From Minisyncoccia bacterium (GTDB taxonomy: Bacteria; Patescibacteriota; Minisyncoccia; Phycocordibacterales; Zambryskibacteraceae), in NCBI GenBank assembly GCA_038212375.1, contig JBBQUO010000002.1, positions 1 to 45,783 of the forward strand: a stretch of DNA of 45,783 bases. The letters run 5' to 3'. The notes beneath the pieces are model-generated. The model had not been told where the DNA came from, ran no database searches, and was given only the letters and a program-made list of their open reading frames with translations. Every line of letters starts with the position of its first letter. The stretch's first letter is position 1. The position numbers and the translations under genes are program-made. Shown piece after piece: positions 42,528-45,783 of the stretch.

Positions 42528-42698
42528 CCTTTGTAGGGTTATACAGCAAATTTTCTAGGACAAATAACTATTCAGGGAATCTCATATTGTATTGCCTCTT
42601 GGGGCAATTCTGCGGATACCCACCTATGTACACGTACTAGGGAATTATGCATATAACCCTACATGAGATCCCCATTCGAATTTCGAATGGGGTTTTCG
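42528..42698 (+). ncRNA. Candidate structured small RNA of unknown class: rod-like fold plus its own terminator
   Basis: TATAAG/TATAAT boxes at 42514-42527. 12-bp closing helix 42532-42543/42652-42663. 10-bp helix 42549-42558/42637-42646. Helix 42575-42582/42614-42621. Apical hairpin 42591-42596/42603-42608. Terminator CCCCATTCGA att TCGAATGGGG tttt at 42670-42696. No ORF. Confidence 0.5.
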
Positions 42699-42793
42699 TA
42701 TGGTTTAACCTTGATAGTACGTCTATTGAGGAATGTAGCGGGGATTGATAGTTTTCAATCAAAATAGTATATACGTATCTGAAGATAACAAGA

Positions 42794-42799
42794 TATAAT
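42794..42799 (+). promoter_or_regulatory. TATAAT box 6 nt upstream of the ATG of the next gene (possible leaderless mRNA)
   Basis: agaTATAATcagtatATG, with no SD. Confidence 0.3.
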
Positions 42800-42805
42800 C
42801 AGTAT

Positions 42806-43204
42806 ATGAATTTTCGTAATACGCTTCTTCCAACGTGTATATTGGCTCTCTTTGTATATTATCTCCATATTACAGCGCTGAGAGAGCATCTCTATTTCCA
42901 TCATTGGTGGTTTCACATGATCATTCACGTTCTTACTGGTGCGGTGCTCGCTCTGGCTACCTTGTACATCTATGCTGGCATCTCTTCTCGAAAGGGGGAA
43001 AGTTTTACAAAACTTGCTGCAGTTGCATTACCGTTTGTACTTCTGTGTGCGGTAGGGTGGGAAATATTCGAACTTATGACGGGACTTATTTATATTACTG
43101 GCACTGACTATACTATCGATACAACAAAGGGAATTTTTACGGGACTTGCTGGAGGATTATTTGGTATTTCGTATGCACATTTTATTCATAAAAGAACGAG
43201 TTAA
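42806..43204 (+). CDS. Hypothetical 4-TM membrane protein with a His-rich first loop
   Basis: Hydrophobic helices plus HLYFHHWWFHMIIH and GWEIFEL. Family not recognised. Confidence 0.6.
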   Translation: MNFRNTLLPTCILALFVYYLHITALREHLYFHHWWFHMIIHVLTGAVLALATLYIYAGISSRKGESFTKLAAVALPFVLLCAVGWEIFELMTGLIYITGTDYTIDTTKGIFTGLAGGLFGISYAHFIHKRTS

Positions 43205-43209
43205 TTATC

Positions 43210-44580
43210 ATGAGTACTACCGTTACATTTTGGGGAGGAGTAGGGAGTGTGACAGGAGCAAACTTCTGCTTAGAAGGAGAAGACTTCAAAGTTCTTATTG
43301 ATTGCGGAATCCTACAAGGTTCACCTGATGCAGCAAAGGTTAATGCTTTGGAATTTCCTTACGATCTTACTACTGTCGGTTCGCTATTTATTACCCATGC
43401 TCACATGGATCATATTGGGAGAATACCTAAGCTTGTAAAAGACGGATTTACAGGGACAATATTTTCAACACCAGCAACAAAGGAACTTGCGCAACTAATG
43501 CTGGGTGACGCAGTTCGCATTCTAGACAGTGATGCACGAAAGCACGGCCTACTTCCGCCATATACCCCAGCAGATGTTGCGAAATCTTTTTCTCAATGGA
43601 AAACGATCCCTTACCACACAGAAACACAGATAACACCGCATCTTTCTGTGGTACTCAGAGACGCAGGGCATATTCTTGGGTCTTCTATGTATTTATTTAC
43701 CTGTAAAGACGCATCAGGTTCCTCAAAGACCATTTTGTTTTCTGGAGACCTCGGTAATTCTCCATCTCTCTTGTTGCCTGATACAGAATACGTAGATGAT
43801 GCAGATTATGTCGTTATGGATAGTGTGTATGGTGACAGAAACCATCCACCAAAAGGGGAGCGAGAGGAACGTTTTAAGTACGTGGTAACAAAAACTATTC
43901 ACGAAGGTGGAGCTCTCGTTATTCCGGCATTTTCTCTCGAAAGAACTCAGATTATTCTCTACGAACTGAATGAACTCATCGAATCAAAACAAATCCCGAG
44001 TGTGCCCGTGTTCCTAGATTCTCCACTTGCTATCTCTGTTACATCAATTTATGAACGTGTTCATGATCTCTATAACACTGCGATTAAAAAGGATATTGCA
44101 AGTGGCGATGATATCTTCGAATTTCCAAGACTCAAAGAAACCGCACGAGTTGCCGAATCTCACCAGATCGACAGTACACCGAATCCAAAAATTATTATTG
44201 CAGGATCCGGGATGTCGAACGGCGGAAGGGTGCTCCATCATGAGTCGGTCCATCTTCCTGATTCTCGAAGCACACTGCTTCTTATGGGATATCAAGCTAT
44301 TAATACCCTCGGAAGGCAGCTTGAAGAGGGGATGAAAGAAGTAGTAATTAATGATGAAAGAGTTGAAGTTCGTGCCCACGTAGAGAATATTACCGGATAT
44401 TCTGCTCACAAAGACTCAGATGGACTTGTTGATTTTGCTGGGCACGCACTTCCGCGATGTAAGACATTTTTTATTGTTATGGGTGAACCAAAGGCATCAC
44501 TGTTTCTTTCACAAAAAATGCGAGATACGATTGGTGCACAGACTGTCATTCCAGAAAGAGGAAAAGTGTACGAGCTCTAA
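43210..44580 (+). CDS. Metallo-beta-lactamase / beta-CASP family RNA-metabolising nuclease
   Basis: HAHMDHIG (HxHxDH), later Asp/His motifs, and a C-terminal GYSAHKD typical of beta-CASP enzymes. Confidence 0.8.
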   Translation: MSTTVTFWGGVGSVTGANFCLEGEDFKVLIDCGILQGSPDAAKVNALEFPYDLTTVGSLFITHAHMDHIGRIPKLVKDGFTGTIFSTPATKELAQLMLGDAVRILDSDARKHGLLPPYTPADVAKSFSQWKTIPYHTETQITPHLSVVLRDAGHILGSSMYLFTCKDASGSSKTILFSGDLGNSPSLLLPDTEYVDDADYVVMDSVYGDRNHPPKGEREERFKYVVTKTIHEGGALVIPAFSLERTQIILYELNELIESKQIPSVPVFLDSPLAISVTSIYERVHDLYNTAIKKDIASGDDIFEFPRLKETARVAESHQIDSTPNPKIIIAGSGMSNGGRVLHHESVHLPDSRSTLLLMGYQAINTLGRQLEEGMKEVVINDERVEVRAHVENITGYSAHKDSDGLVDFAGHALPRCKTFFIVMGEPKASLFLSQKMRDTIGAQTVIPERGKVYEL

Positions 44581-44623
44581 GTGTAACTTTTCAAAAGACC
44601 TACTTCACGCTAGAATGGGTCTC

Positions 44624-45466
44624 ATGAAATCAAACACATCAATGAATATTCGGTTTTTCAGTGCGTGCGCGGTATTGTGCGTTGCGACTTTTTTGCCACA
44701 CGGAGTTTTTGGGCAAGAGGTAGTGGTACCAAGTATCACGGCAATTACACCATCTGGAAATACGATTGGAAGTCTAGTTTCAATTGTAGGAAAAAACTTC
44801 GATATTAACTCACTTGTTTCGTTTGATGGAATCTACGGCACGTTGATCGTACCTAACCTTATATCGTCAACAGCCCTTACGTTCATGATCCCTTCTGTAT
44901 ATCCCGGAGTTCATTCAGTGCAGGTAACTCAGAAAGGGAATGTAACCACACTGAGCAATCTCTATTCTGTCGATGTTGTTGCATCATCACGTACTCCTAA
45001 ACCAGTATTTTCTGTAACTCCCCATATTTTGAATCCTGAAAGTAAAACGGGAGAGACAGATCTCGTGTATTCATTGGTTGATCCGATGAATGCTGACCAA
45101 TATCTTCTTACAGTCAATTGTCCACAAGGCATCACAGCTCGCATGAAAGACGATGTTGTGTGCGGAAATACCGTTCTGTGGAAAGGTCTCCAAACGTTTC
45201 CAATTACATTCAATAATACAAGTGGTGAGTACACATATATCTCTGTTGCAATGAGAGGTTTTGATAAAGGGGGTAACCTTGTTGGAAAGGATTCAGGGAT
45301 TGTTGGCATCGCTCCTTTCATTGGAAGCCTATCGGTGCCGACCTCAGTAGGCGTACTTCAAATTCCAATCTCTGTTCTTACTCCTGATCAAAAAAGTGAT
45401 TTAATAAAAAAAATACAAGCAGCAATTGCACTCCTAACACAACAATTACAGAGTTTAAAACCCTAG
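44624..45466 (+). CDS. Secreted protein with an N-terminal IPT/TIG-like Ig fold
   Basis: Signal peptide MKSNTSMNIRFFSACAVLCVATFLPHGVFG. PSITAITPSGNTIGSLVSIVGKNF..SFDG resembles IPT/TIG. The track start at 44420 overlaps the previous gene and was rejected; 44615 and 44642 are alternatives. Confidence 0.6.
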   Translation: MKSNTSMNIRFFSACAVLCVATFLPHGVFGQEVVVPSITAITPSGNTIGSLVSIVGKNFDINSLVSFDGIYGTLIVPNLISSTALTFMIPSVYPGVHSVQVTQKGNVTTLSNLYSVDVVASSRTPKPVFSVTPHILNPESKTGETDLVYSLVDPMNADQYLLTVNCPQGITARMKDDVVCGNTVLWKGLQTFPITFNNTSGEYTYISVAMRGFDKGGNLVGKDSGIVGIAPFIGSLSVPTSVGVLQIPISVLTPDQKSDLIKKIQAAIALLTQQLQSLKP

Positions 45467-45552
45467 TATTTTTATGTATTGATCAGCATATATGTAATTA
45501 TTTTTGAGTAAGGTGCAAAATTATGTATTGGTCTAGTTGTCAATAAACAAAA

Positions 45553-45561
45553 TGGTATACT
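45553..45561 (+). promoter_or_regulatory. Extended -10 box TGgTATACT upstream of the last partial gene
   Basis: Lies 21 nt upstream of ATG 45583. No good -35. Confidence 0.3.
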
Positions 45562-45582
45562 ATCCCTGTATCTAACCCCCCC

Positions 45583-45783
45583 ATGCCCCGCATCTCTCTC
45601 CTCGCAATCCTCACACTCTCTCTTCTCCTCGCATTTTTTGTCAGTCCGACCACATCCAGTCTCTTCTTACCAAAAGAAAGTCGTACTGCAATTGTTTTTG
45701 ATACCAGCATTCCTTCTACACCAGACTCTCTCACTGCAAACATCACCGGAGTAAACCAAATCACTCTGTCATGGAAACCTTCC
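45583..45783 (+). CDS. Secreted protein, 3'-truncated at window edge (signal peptide, then the start of a fibronectin-III-like module)
   Basis: MPRISLLAILTLSLLLAFFVSPTTS... then PSTPDSLTANITGVNQITLSWKPS. Open to the window end. Not in the ORF track. Confidence 0.5.
   Translation, partial: MPRISLLAILTLSLLLAFFVSPTTSSLFLPKESRTAIVFDTSIPSTPDSLTANITGVNQITLSWKPS

Noticed and set aside
42532-42698. Assigning the candidate RNA to a specific riboswitch class regulating the downstream membrane protein
   Set aside because: I recognise no class-specific conserved nucleotides. The downstream gene has its own TATAAT 6 nt from the ATG, about 100 nt beyond the terminator. It is left as an RNA of unknown class.
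45472-45530. 10-nt direct repeat TTATGTATTG at 45472 and 45521
   Set aside because: It is short, AT-rich and present in only two copies, so it is compatible with chance in an AT-rich intergenic region.
45540-45764. 74-aa minus-strand ORF at the right edge
   Set aside because: The opposite (plus) frame encodes a clean signal peptide followed by an FN3-like start and stays open to the window end, so the minus ORF is the shadow.

Overview
The window reads as a chromosome segment from a streamlined Patescibacteria/CPR-like (Parcubacteria-type) bacterium; the taxonomy is inferred from gene content only. Left to right it contains: (1) a 5'-truncated giant PA14/PKD surface adhesin, then a compact type IV pilus-like block (pilB, pilC, three unusually large pilin-anchored proteins); (2) tpiA-pgk; (3) a HIT protein and a recJ-rnhA-comEC block, with the ComEC metallo-beta-lactamase domain encoded separately beyond an opposite-strand superoxide dismutase; (4) rpmB and an M50 protease; (5) a str operon (rpsL-rpsG ... 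fusA) interrupted by a ~2.1 kb accessory insert; (6) tuf plus an S10-spc ribosomal protein cluster (rpsJ to rplO, secY, adk, map) with no L30 gene and an orphan terminator-bracketed gene between rplB and rpsS; (7) a 596-aa highly charged hypothetical protein, ndk, a membrane protein, a beta-CASP MBL nuclease and two secreted proteins. No rRNA, tRNA, CRISPR array or transposase was seen. The most unusual signals are non-coding. A family of exactly 7-nt-phased short-motif arrays (GAAT/ATTC and TAG/CTA) sits at gene starts and around terminators, and includes a 26/28 inverted repeat inside the RNase H coding sequence. There is also a candidate ~170-nt rod-shaped structured RNA, a triplicated ~58-nt intergenic repeat in the str-operon insert, and strongly Shine-Dalgarno-bearing Cys-rich orphan genes in an otherwise SD-less gene set. 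All functional interpretations of these elements are hypotheses; nothing was computed beyond reading the sequence by eye.
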